Positions 26,401-39,700 of a DNA stretch of 64,000 nucleotides are shown here, one piece after another. A program made the position numbers and the translations under genes. Position 1 is the stretch's first letter; every line of letters begins with the position of its first letter. The DNA comes from Eledone cirrhosa (lineage: Eukaryota): NCBI GenBank assembly GCA_964016885.1, contig OZ024742.1, positions 163,184,001 through 163,248,000 of the forward strand, read 5' to 3'. Under the pieces are notes generated by a model. The model saw only the letters and a program-made list of their open reading frames with translations. It made no database searches and was not told the origin of the DNA.

Positions 26401-29400
26401 CCCCCCGATTTTTTTTACAAATTATCTCCGCCTAATTTTTTAAAATATTATCTTCCCTTGGCTGGCGGGAAATTATCTCCCCTTGGACGGCTTAAAATTA
26501 TCTCCCCTTGGACGGCTGGAAATTATCTCCCCTTGATTTTTTTACAAATTATCTCCCCCTGATTATTTTTTACAAATTATCTCCCCCTGATTTTTTTTTA
26601 CAAATTATCTCCCTCTGATTTTTTTTACAAATTATCTCCCCTTGGCTGGCTGGAAATTATCTCCCCTTGGAGGCTGGAATTTGTCTCCCCTTGGACGGTT
26701 AGAAATTACCTCTCCTTGGACTGCTGGAAAATATGTCTCCTTGGACGGCTGGAAATTATCTCCCCTGGGACGGCTGGAAATTATCTCCCCTTGGACGGCT
26801 GGAAATTATCTCTCCTCGGACGACTAGAAATTACCTCTCCTTGGACAGCTGAAAATTATCTCCCCTTGGACGGCTGGAAATTATCTCCCCTTGATTTTTT
26901 TTACAAATTATCTCCCCCTGATTTTTTTTTACAAATTATCTCCCCCTGATTTTATTTTACAAATTATCTCCCCCTGATATTTTTTACAAATTATCTCCCC
27001 CTGATTTTTTTACAAATTATCTCCCCTTGGCTGGCTGGAAATTATCTCCCCTTGGAGGCTGGAATTTATCTCCCCTTGGACGGCTAGAAATTACCTCGCC
27101 TTGGACGGCTGGAAAATATGTCTCCTTGGACGGCTGGAAATTATCTCCCCTTGGACGGCTGGAAATTATCTCCCCTTGGACGGCTGGAAATTATCTCCCC
27201 TTGGACGGCTAGATATTACCTCCCCTTGGACGGCTGGAAATTATCTCCCCTTGATTTTTTTTACAAATTATCTCCCCCTGATTTTTTTTTACAAATTATC
27301 TCCCTGATTTTTTTTTACGAATTATCTCCCCCTGATTTTTTTTTAAAAATTATCTCCCCTTGAACGGCTGGAAATTATCTCCCCTTGGACGGCTGGAAAT
27401 TATCTCCCCTTGGACGGCTAGAAATTACCTCTCCTTGGACGGCTGAAAATTATCTCCCCTTGGACGGCTGCAAATTATCTCCCCTTGATTTTTTAACAAA
27501 TTATCTCCCCCTGATTTTTTTTTACAAATTATCTCCCCCTGATTTTTTTTTACAAATTATCTACGCCTAAGTTTTTTTACAAATTATCTCCCCCTGATTT
27601 TTTTTTACAAATTATCTCCCCCTGATTTTTTTTACAAATTATCTCCCCCTGATTTTTTTTTACAAATTATTTCCCCCTGATTTTTTTACAAATTATCTCC
27701 CCCCTGATTTTTTTTACAATCTCCGCCTGATTTTTTAAAAAATTATCTTCCCTTGGCTGGCGGGAAATTATCACCCCTTGGACGGCTGGAAATTATATCC
27801 CCTTGGACGGCTGGAAATTACCTCCCCTTGGACAGCTGGAAATTATCTGCCCTTGATTTTGTTTTTACAAATTATCTCCCCCTGATTTTTATTACAAATT
27901 ATCTCCACCTGATTTTTTAAAAAATTATCTCCCCTTGGACGGCTGGAAATTATCTCCCCTTGATTTTTTTACAAATTATCTCCCCCTGATTTTTTTTACA
28001 AATTATCTCCCCCTGATTTTTTTTTTACAAATTATCTCCCCCTGATTTTTTTACAAATTATCTCCCCCTGATTTTTTTTACAAATTATCTCCGCCTGATT
28101 TTTTTAAATATTATCTTCCCTTGGCTGGCGGGAAATTATCTCCCCTTGGACGGCTGAAAATTATCTCCCCTTGGACGGCTGGAAATTATCTCCCCTTGAT
28201 TTTTTTTACAAATTATCTCCCCCTGATTTTTTTTTACAAATTATCTCCCCCTGATTTTTTTTTACAAATTATCTCCCCCTGATTTTTTTTTACAAATTAT
28301 CTGCCCCTGATTTTTTTTACAAATTATCTCCCCCTGATTTTTTTACAAATTATCTCCCCTTGGCTGGCTGGAAATGATCTCCCCTTGGAGGCTGGAATTT
28401 ATCTCCCCTTGGACGGCTAGAAATTACCTCTCCTTGGACGGCTGGAAAATATTTCTCCTTGGACGGCTGGATATTATCTACCCTTGGACGGGTGGAAATT
28501 ATCTCCCCTTGGACGGCTGGAAATTATCTCCCCTTGGACGGCTAGATATTACCTCCCCTTGGACGGCTGGAAATTATCTCCCCTTGATTTTTTTTACAAA
28601 TTATCTCCCCCTGATTTTTTTTTTACAAATTATCTCCCCCTGATTTTTTACAAATTATCTCCCCCTGATTTTTTTTACAAATTATCTCCGCCTGATTTTT
28701 TTAAATATTATCTTCCCTTGGCTGGCGGGAAATTATCTCCCCTTGGACGGCTGAAAATTATCTCCCCTTGGACGGCTGGAAATTATCTCCCCTTGATTTT
28801 TTTTACAAATTATCTCCCCCTGATTATTTTTTACAAATTATCTTTCCCTGATTTTTTTTTACAAATTATCTCCCCCTGATTTTTTTTACAAATTATCTCC
28901 CCCTGATTTTTTTACAAATTATCTCCCCTTGGCTGGCTGGAAATTATCTCCCCTTGGTGGCTGGAATTTATCTCCCCTTGGACGGCTGGAAATTATCTCT
29001 CCTTGGACGGCTGGAAAATATGTCTCGTTGGAGGGCTGGAAATTATCTCCCCTTGGACGGCTGGAAATTATCTCCCCTTGGACGGCTGGATATTATCTAC
29101 CCTTGGACGGCTAGATATTACCTCCCTGGAAATTATCTCCCCTTGGTGGCTGGAATTTATCTCCCCTTGGACGGCTGGAAATTACCTCTCCTTGGACGGC
29201 TGGAAAATATGTCTCGTTGGAGGGCTGGAAATTATCTCCCCTTGGACGGCTGGAAATTATCTCCCCTTGGACGGCTGGATATTATCTCTCCTTGGGCGGC
29301 TAGAAATTACCTCGCCTTGGACGGCTGGAAAATATGTCTCCTTGGACGGCTGGAAATTATCTCCCCTTGGACGGCTGGAAATTATCTCCCCTTGGACGGC

Positions 29401-30708
29401 TGGATATTATCTACCCTTGGACGGCTAGATATTACCTCCCCTTGGACGGCTGGAAATTATCTCCCCTTGATTTTTTTTACAAATTATCTCCCCCTGATTT
29501 TTTTTTACAAATTATCTCCCCTTGATTTTTTTTTACAAATTATCTACCCCTGATTTTTTTTTACAAATTATCTCCCCCTGATTTTTTTTACAAATTATCT
29601 CTCCCTGATTTTTTTTTACAAATTATCTCCCCCTGATTTTTTTTTACAAATTATCTACCCCTGATTTTTTTTTACAAATTATCTCCCCCTGATTTTTTTT
29701 ACAAATTATCTCCCCCTGATTTTTTTACAAATTATCTCCCCCCGATTTTTTTTACAAATTATCTCCGCCTAATTTTTTTAAATATTATCTTCCCTTGGCT
29801 GGCGGGAAATTATCTCCCCTTGGACGGCTGAAAATTATCTCCCCTTGGACGGCTGGAAATTATCTCCCCTTGGAGGCTGGAATTTATCTCCCCTTGGACG
29901 GCTAGAAATTACCTCGCCTTGGACGGCTGGAAAATATGTCTCCTTGGACGGCTGGAAATTATCTCCCCTTGGACGGCTGGAAATTATCTCCCCTTGGACG
30001 GCTAGATATTACCTCCCCTTGGACGGCTGGAAATTATCTCCCCTTGATTTTTTTTACAAATTATCTCCCCCTGATTTTTTTTTACAAATTATCTCCCCCT
30101 GATTCTTTTTTACAAATTATCTACCCCTGATTTTTTTTTACAAATTATCTCCCCCTGATTTTTTTTACAAATTATCTCTCCCTGATTTTTTTTTACAAAT
30201 TATCTCCCCCTGATTTTTTTTTACAAATTATCTACCCCTGATTTTTTTTTACAAATTATCTCCCCCTGATTTTTTTTACAAATTATCTCCCCCTGATTTT
30301 TTTTTACAAATTATCTCCCCCTGCTTTTTTTACAAATTATCTCCCCCCTGATTATTTTTACAATCTCCGCCTGATTTTTTTAAAAATTATCTTCCCTTGG
30401 CTGGCGGGAAATTATCTCCCCTTGGACGGCTGGAAATTATATCCCCTTGGAAGGATGGAAATTATCTCCCCTTGGACGGCTGGAAATTATCTCCCCTTGG
30501 ACGGCTGGAAATTACCTCCCCTTGGACAGCTGGAAATTATCTGCCCTTGATTTTGTTTTTACAAATTATCTCCCCCTGATTTTTTTTACAAATTATCTCC
30601 ACCTGATTTTTTAAAAAATTATCTCCCCTTGGACGGCTGGAAATTATCTCCCCTTGATTTTTTTACAAATTATCTCCCCCTGATTTTTTTTACAAATTAT
30701 CTCCCCCT
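15445..30708 (+). repeat. Tandem duplication, period 7,645/7,618 bp (junction ~23,090)
   Basis: Offsets are 7,645 (15551/23196 to 18997/26642), then 7,618 (19409/27027 to 22779/30397). The 27-bp change equals one B monomer lost near 26,960. Confidence 0.92.
21311..21848 (+). repeat. Longest A run (~21 monomers) with an internal 189-bp duplication and a truncated monomer; copies at 28929-29466 and 40242-40779
   Basis: TTGGTGGCTGG occurs at 21336 and 21525, and TCTCGTTGGAGGG occurs twice. The junction reads TACCTCCCTGGAAATT at ~21501-21516. Confidence 0.9.
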
Positions 30709-33700
30709 GATTTTTTTTTTACAAATTATCTCCCCCTGATTTTTTTACAAATTATCTCCCCCTGATTTTTTTTACAAATTATCTCCGCCTGATTTTTTTA
30801 AATATTATCTTCCCTTGGCTGGCGGGAAATTATCTCCCCTTGGAAGGCTGAAAATTATCTCCCCTTGGACGGCTGGAAATTATCTCCCCTTGATTTTTTT
30901 ACAAATTATCTCCCCCTGATTTTTTTTTACAAATTATCTCCCCCTGATTTTTTTTTACAAATGATCTCCCCCTGATTTTTTTTTACAAATTATCTGCCCC
31001 TGATTTTTTTTACAAATTATCTCCCCCTGATTTTTTTACAAATTATCTCCCCTTGGCTGGCTGGAAATTATCTCCCCTTGGAGGCTGGAATTTATCTCCC
31101 CTTGGACGGCTAGAAATTACCTCTCCTTGGACGGCTGGAAAATATTTCTCCTTGGACGGCTGGATATTATCTACCCTTGGACGGCTAGATATTACCTCCC
31201 CTTGGACGGCTGGAAATTATCTCCCCTTGATTTTTTTTACAAATTATCTCCCCCTGATTTTTTTTTTACAAATTATCTCCCCCTGATTTTTTTACAAATT
31301 ATCTCCCCCTGATTTTTTTTACAAATTATCTCCGCCTGATTTTTTTAAATATTATCTTCTCTTGGCTGGCGGGAAATTATCTCCCCTTGGACGGCTGAAA
31401 ATTATCTCCCCTTGGACGGCTGGAAATTATCTCCCCTTGATTTTTTTTACAAATTATCTCCCCCTGATTTTATTTTACAAATTATCTCCCCCTGATTTTT
31501 TTTACAAATTATCTCCCCCTGATATTTTTTACAAATTATCTCCCCCTGATTTTTTTACAAATTATCTCCCCTTGGCTGGCTGGAAATTATCTCCCCTTGG
31601 ACGGCTAGATATTACCTCCCCTTGGACGGCTGGAAATTATCTCCCCTTGATTTTTTTTACAAATTATCTCCCCCTGATTTTTTTTTACAAATTATCTCCC
31701 CCTGATTTTTTTTTACAAATTATCTACCCCTGATTTTTTTTTACAAATTATCTCCCCCTGATTTTTTTACAAATTATCTCTCCCTGATTTTTTTTTACAA
31801 ATTATCTTCCCCTGATTTTTTTTTACAAATTATCTACCCCTGATTTTTTTTTACAAATTATCTCCCCCTGATTTTTTTTACAAATTATCTCCCCCTGATT
31901 TTTTTTACAAATTATCTCCCCCTGATTTTTTTACAAATTATCTCCCCCCGATTTTTTTTACAAATTATCTCCGCCTAATTTTTTTAAATATTATCTTCCC
32001 TTGGCTGGCGGGAAATTATCTCCCCTTGGACGGCGTAAAATTATCTCCCCTTGGACGGCTGGAAATTATCTCCCCTTGATTTTTTTACAAATTATCTCCC
32101 CCTGATTATTTTTTACAAATTATCTCCCCCTGATTTTTTTTTACAAATTATCTCCCTCTGATTTTTTTTACAAATTATCTCCCCTTGGCAGGCTGGAAAT
32201 TATCTCCCCTTGGAGGCTGGAATTTATCTCCCCTTGGACGGTTAGAAATTACCTCTCCTTGGACGGCTGGAAAATATGTCTCCTTGGACGGCTGGAAATT
32301 ATCTCCCCTGGGACGGCTGGAAATTATCTCCCCTTGGACGGCTGGAAATTATCTCTCCTCGGACGACTAGAAATTACCTCTCCTTGGACAGCTGAAAATT
32401 ATCTCCCCTTGGACGGCTGGAAATTATCTCCCCCTGATTTTTTTTTACAAATTATCTCCCCCTGATTTTATTTTACAAATTATCTCCCCCTGATTTTTTT
32501 TACAAATTATCTCCCCCTGATATTTTTTACAAATTATCTCCCCCTGATTTTTTTACAAATTATCTCCCCTTGGCTGGCTGGAAATTATCTCCCCTTGGAG
32601 GCTGGAATTTATCTCCCCTTGGACGGCTAGAAATTACCTCGCCTTGGACGGCTGGAAAATATGTCTCCTTGGACGGCTGGAAATTATCTCCCCTTGGACG
32701 GCTGGAAATTATCTCCCCTTGGACGGCTGGAAATTATCTCCCCTTGATTTTTTTTACAAATTATCTCCCCCTGATTTTTTTTTACAAATTATCTCCCCCT
32801 GATTTTTTTTTACAAATTATCTACCCCTGATTTTTTTTACAAATTATCTCCCCCTGATTTTTTTTACAAATTATCTCTCCCTGATTTTTTTTTACAAATT
32901 ATCTCCCCCTGATTTTTTTTTACAAATTATCTACGCCTGATTTTTTTTTACAAATTATCTCCCCCTGATTTTTTTTACAAATTATCTCCCCCTGATTTTT
33001 TTACAAATTATCTCCCCCCGATTTTTTTTACAAATTATCTCCGCCTAATTTTTTTAAATATTATCTTCCCTTGGCTGGCGGGAAATTATCTCCCCTTGGA
33101 CGGCTGGAAATTATCTCCCCTTGGACGGCTGGAAATTATCTCTCCTCGGACGACTAGAAATTACCTCTCCTTGGACAGCTGAAAATTATCTCCCCTTGGA
33201 CGGCTGGAAATTATCTCCCCCTGATTTTTTTTTACAAATTATCTCCCCCTGATTTTTTTTTACAAATTATCTCCCCCTGATTTTTTTTACAAATTATCTC
33301 CCCCTGATATTTTTTACAAATTATCTCCCCCTGATTTTTTTACAAATTATCTCCCCTTGGCTGGCTGGAAATTATCTCCCCTTGGAGGCTGGAATTTATC
33401 TCCCCTTGGACGGCTAGAAATTACCTCGCCTTGGACGGCTGGAAAATATGTCTCCTTGGACGGCTGGAAATTATCTCCCCTTGGACGGCTGGAAATTACC
33501 TCCCCTTGGACGGCTGGAAATTATCTCCCCTTGATTTTTTTTACAAATTATCTCCCCCTGATTTTTTTTTACAAATTATCTCCCCCTGATTTTTTTTTAC
33601 AAATTATCTACCCCTGATTTTTTTTTACAAATTATCTCCCCCTGATTTTTTTTACAAATTATCTCTCCCTGATTTTTTTTTACAAATTATCTCCCCCTGA

Positions 33701-36700
33701 TTTTTTTTTACAAATTATCTACCCCTGATTTTTTTTTACAAATTATCTCCCCCTGATTTTTTTTACAAATTATCTCCCCCTGATTTTTTTTACAAATTAT
33801 CTCCCCCTGATTTTTTTACAAATTATCTCCCCCCGATTTTTTTTACAAATTATCTCCGCCTAATTTTTTTAAATATTATCTTCCCTTGGCTGGCGGGAAA
33901 TTATCTCCCCTTGGACGGCTGAAAATTATCTCCCCTTGGACGGCTGGAAATTATCTCCCCTTGATTTTTTTACAAATTATCTCCCCCTGATTATTTTTTA
34001 CAAATTATCTCCCCCTGATTTTTTTTTACAAATTATCTCCCTCTGATTTTTTTTACAAATTATCTTCCCTTGGCTGGCTGGAAATTATCTCCCCTTGGAG
34101 GCTAGAATTTGTCTCCCCTTGGACGGTTAGAAATTACCTCTCCTTGGACTGCTGGAAAATATGTCTCCTTGGACGGCTGGAAATTATCTCCCCTGGGACG
34201 GCTGGAAATTATCTCCCCTTGGACGGCTGGAAATTATCTCTCCTCGGACGACTAGAAATTACCTCTCCTTGGACAGCTGAAAATTATCTCCCCTTGGACG
34301 GCTGGAAATTATCTCCCCTTGATTTTTTTTACAAATTATCTCCCCCTGATTTTTTTTTACAAATTATCTCCCCCTGATTTTATTTTACAAATTATCTCCC
34401 CCTGATTTTTTTTACAAATTATCTCCCCCCGATATTTTTTACAAATTATCTCCCCCTGATTTTTTTACAAATTATCTCCCCTTGGCTGGCTGGAAATTAT
34501 CTCCCCTTGGAGGCTGGAATTTATCTCCCCTTGGACGGCTAGAAATTACCTCGCCTTGGACGGCTGGAAAATATGTCTCCTTGGACGGCTGGAAATTATC
34601 TCCCCTTGGACGGCTGGAAATTATCTCCCCTTGGACGGCTGGAAATTATCTCCCCTTGGACGGCTAGATATTACCTCCCCTTGGACGGCTGGAAATTATA
34701 TCCCCTTGATTTTTTTTACAAATTATCTCCCCCTGATTTTTTTTTACAAATTATCTCCCTGATTTTTTTTTACGAATTATCTCCCCCTGATTTTTTTTTA
34801 CAAATTATCTCCGCCTGATTTTTTTTTAAAAATTATCTCCCCTTGAACGGCTGGAAATTATCTCCCCTTGGACGGCTGGAAATTATCTCCCCTTGGACGG
34901 CTAGAAATTACCTCTCCTTGGACGGCTGAAAATTATCTCCCCTTGGACGGCTGCAAATTATCTCCCCTTGATTTTTTAACAAATTATCTCCCCCTGATTT
35001 TTTTTTACAAATTATCTCCCCCTGATTTTTTTTTACAAATTATCTACGCCTAAGTTTTTTTACAAATTATCTCCCCCTGATTTTTTTTTACAAATTATCT
35101 CCCCCTGATTTTTTTTACAAATTATCTCCCCCTGATTTTTTTTTACAAATTATTTCCCCCTGATTTTTTTACAAATTATCTCCCCCCTGATTTTTTTTAC
35201 AATCTCCGCCTGATTTTTTAAAAAATTATCTTCCCTTGGCTGGCGGGAAATTATCTCCCCTTGGACGGCTGGAAATTATATCCCCTTGGACGGCTGGAAA
35301 TTACCTCCCCTTGGACAGCTGGAAATTATCTGCCCTTGATTTTGTTTTTACAAATTATCTCCCCCTGATTTTTATTACAAATTATCTCCACCTGATTTTT
35401 TAAAAAATTATCTCCCCTTGGACGGCTGGAAATTATCTCCCCTTGATTTTTTTACAAATTATCTCCCCCTGATTTTTTTTACAAATTATCTCCCCCTGAT
35501 TTTTTTTTTACAAATTATCTCCCCCTGATTTTTTTACAAATTATCTCCCCCTGATTTTTTTTACAAATTATCTCCGCCTGATTTTTTTAAATATTATCTT
35601 CCCTTGGCTGGCGGGAAATTATCTCCCCTTGGACGGCTGAAAATTATCTCCCCTTGGACGGCTGGAAATTATCTCCCCTTGATTTTTTTTACAAATTATC
35701 TCCCCCTGATTTTTTTTTACAAATTATCTCCCCCTGATTTTTTTTTACAAATTATCTCCCCCTGATTTTTTTTTACAAATTATCTGCCCCTGATTTTTTT
35801 TACAAATTATCTCCCCCTGATTTTTTTACAAATTATCTCCCCTTGGCTGGCTGGAAATGATCTCCCCTTGGAGGCTGGAATTTATCTCCCCTTGGACGGC
35901 TAGAAATTACCTCTCCTTGGACGGCTGGAAAATATTTCTCCTTGGACGGCTGGATATTATCTACCCTTGGACGGGTGGAAATCATCTCCCCTTGGACGGC
36001 TGGAAATTATCTCCCCTTGGACGGCTAGATATTACCTCCCCTTGGACGGCTGGAAATTATCTCCCCTTGATTTTTTTTACAAATTATCTCCCCCTGATTT
36101 TTTTTTTACAAATTATCTCCCCCTGATTTTTTTACAAATTATCTCCCCCTGATTTTTTTTACAAATTATCTCCGCCTGATTTTTTTAAATATTATCTTCC
36201 CTTGGCTGGCGGGAAATTATCTCCCCTTGGACGGCTGAAAATTATCTCCCCTTGGACGGCTGGAAATTATCTCCCCTTGATTTTTTTTACAAATTATCTC
36301 CCCTTGATTTTTTTTTACAAATTATCTCCCCCTGATTATTTTTTACAAATTATCTTTCCCTGATTTTTTTTTACAAATTATCTCCCCCTGATTTTTTTTA
36401 CAAATTATCTCCCCCTGATTTTTTTACAAATTATCTCCCCTTGGCTGGCTGGAAATTATCTCCCCTTGGTGGCTGGAATTATATCTCCCCTTGGACGGCT
36501 GGAAATTATCTCTCCTTGGACGGCTAGTAATTACCTCTCCTTGGACGGCTGGAAAATATGTCTCGTTGGAGGGCTGGAAATTATCTCCCCTTGGACGGCT
36601 GGAAATTATCTCCCCTTGGACGGCTGGAAATTATCTCTCCTTGGGCGGCTAGAAATTACCTCTCCTTGGACGGCTGAAAATTATCTCTCCTTGGACGGCT

Positions 36701-39700
36701 GGAAATTATCTCCCCTTGGACGGCTAGATATTACCTCCCCTTGGACGGCTGGAAATTATCTCCCCTTGATTTTTTTTACAAATTATCTCCCCCTGATTTT
36801 TTTTACAAATTATCTACACCTGATTTTTTTACAAATTATCTCCCCCTGATTTTTTTTACAAATTATCTCCGCCTAATTTTTTTAAATATTATCTTCCCTT
36901 GGCTGGCGGGAAATTATCTCCCCTTGGACGGCTGAAAATTATCTCCCCTTGGACGGCTGGAAATTATCTCCCCTTGATTTTTTTTACAAATTATCTCCCC
37001 CTGATTTTTTTTTACAAATTATCTCCCCCTGATTTTTTTTTACAAATTATCTCCCCCTGATTTTTTTTTACAAATTATCTCCCCCTGATTTTTTTTACAA
37101 ATTATCTCCCCCTGATATTTTTTACAAATTATCTCCCCCTGATTTTTTTACAAATTATCTCCCCTTGGCTGGCTGGAAATTATCTCCCCTTGGAGGCTGG
37201 AATTTATCTCCCCTTGGACGGCTAGAAATTACCTCGCCTTGGACGGCTGGAAAATATGTCTCCTTGGACGGCTGGAAATTATCTCCCCTTGGACGGCTGG
37301 AAATTATCTCCCCTTGGACGGCTGGATATTATCTACCCTTGGACGGCTAGATATTACCTCCCCTTGGACGGCTGGAAATTATCTCCCCTTGATTTTTTTT
37401 ACAAATTATCTCCCCCTGATTTTTTTTTACAAATTATCTCCCCCTGATTTTTTTTTACAAATTATCTACCCCTGATTTTTTTTTTACAAATTATCTCCCC
37501 CTGATTTTTTTTACAAATTATCTCTCCCTGATTTTTTTTTACAAATTATCTCCCCCTGATTTTTTTTTACAAATTATCTACCCCTGATTTTTTTTTACAA
37601 ATTATCTCCCCCTGATTTTTTTTACAAATTTTCTCCCCCTGATTTTTTTACAAATTATCTCCCCCTGATTTTTTTACAAATTATCTCCCCCCGATTTTTT
37701 TTACAAATTATCTCCGCCTAATTTTTTAAAATATTATCTTCCCTTGGCTGGCGGGAAATTATCTCCCCTTGGACGGCTTAAAATTATCTCCCCTTGGACG
37801 GCTGGAAATTATCTCCCCTTGATTTTTTTACAAATTATCTCCCCCTGATTATTTTTTACAAATTATCTCCCCCTGATTTTTTTTTACAAATTATCTCCCT
37901 CTGATTTTTTTTACAAATTATCTCCCCTTGGCTGGCTGGAAATTATCTCCCCTTGGAGGCTGGAATTTGTCTCCCCTTGGACGGTTAGAAATTACCTCTC
38001 CTTGGACTGCTGGAAAATATGTCTCCTTGGACGGCTGGAAATTATCTCCCCTGGGACGGCTGGAAATTATCTCCCCTTGGACGGCTGGAAATTATCTCTC
38101 CTCGGACGACTAGAAATTACCTCTCCTTGGACAGCTGAAAATTATCTCCCCTTGGACGGCTGGAAATTATCTCCCCTTGATTTTTTTTACAAATTATCTC
38201 CCCCTGATTTTTTTTTACAAATTATCTCCCCCTGATTTTATTTTACAAATTATCTCCCCCTGATTTTTTTTACAAATTATCTCCCCCTGATATTTTTTAC
38301 AAATTATCTCCCCCTGATTTTTTTACAAATTATCTCCCCTTGGCTGGCTGGAAATTATCTCCCCTTGGAGGCTGGAATTTATCTCCCCTTGGACGGCTAG
38401 AAATTACCTCGCCTTGGACGGCTGGAAAATATGTCTCCTTGGACGGCTGGAAATTATCTCCCCTTGGACGGCTGGAAATTATCTCCCCTTGGACGGCTGG
38501 AAATTATCTCCCCTTGGACGGCTAGATATTACCTCCCCTTGGACGGCTGGAAATTATCTCCCCTTGATTTTTTTTACAAATTATCTCCCCCTGATTTTTT
38601 TTTACAAATTATCTCCCTGATTTTTTTTTACGAATTATCTCCCCCTGATTTTTTTTTAAAAATTATCTCCCCTTGAACGGCTGGAAATTATCTCCCCTTG
38701 GACGGCTGGAAATTATCTCCCCTTGGACGGCTAGAAATTACCTCTCCTTGGACGGCTGAAAATTATCTCCCCTTGGACGGCTGCAAATTATCTCCCCTTG
38801 ATTTTTTAACAAATTATCTCCCCCTGATTTTTTTTTACAAATTATCTCCCCCTGATTTTTTTTTACAAATTATCTACGCCTAAGTTTTTTTACAAATTAT
38901 CTCCCCCTGATTTTTTTTTACAAATTATCTCCCCCTGATTTTTTTTACAAATTATCTCCCCCTGATTTTTTTTTACAAATTATTTCCCCCTGATTTTTTT
39001 ACAAATTATCTCCCCCCTGATTTTTTTTACAATCTCCGCCTGATTTTTTAAAAAATTATCTTCCCTTGGCTGGCGGGAAATTATCACCCCTTGGACGGCT
39101 GGAAATTATATCCCCTTGGACGGCTGGAAATTACCTCCCCTTGGACAGCTGGAAATTATCTGCCCTTGATTTTGTTTTTACAAATTATCTCCCCCTGATT
39201 TTTATTACAAATTATCTCCACCTGATTTTTTAAAAAATTATCTCCCCTTGGACGGCTGGAAATTATCTCCCCTTGATTTTTTTACAAATTATCTCCCCCT
39301 GATTTTTTTTACAAATTATCTCCCCCTGATTTTTTTTTTACAAATTATCTCCCCCTGATTTTTTTACAAATTATCTCCCCCTGATTTTTTTTACAAATTA
39401 TCTCCGCCTGATTTTTTTAAATATTATCTTCCCTTGGCTGGCGGGAAATTATCTCCCCTTGGACGGCTGAAAATTATCTCCCCTTGGACGGCTGGAAATT
39501 ATCTCCCCTTGATTTTTTTTACAAATTATCTCCCCCTGATTTTTTTTTACAAATTATCTCCCCCTGATTTTTTTTTACAAATTATCTCCCCCTGATTTTT
39601 TTTTACAAATTATCTGCCCCTGATTTTTTTTACAAATTATCTCCCCCTGATTTTTTTACAAATTATCTCCCCTTGGCTGGCTGGAAATGATCTCCCCTTG

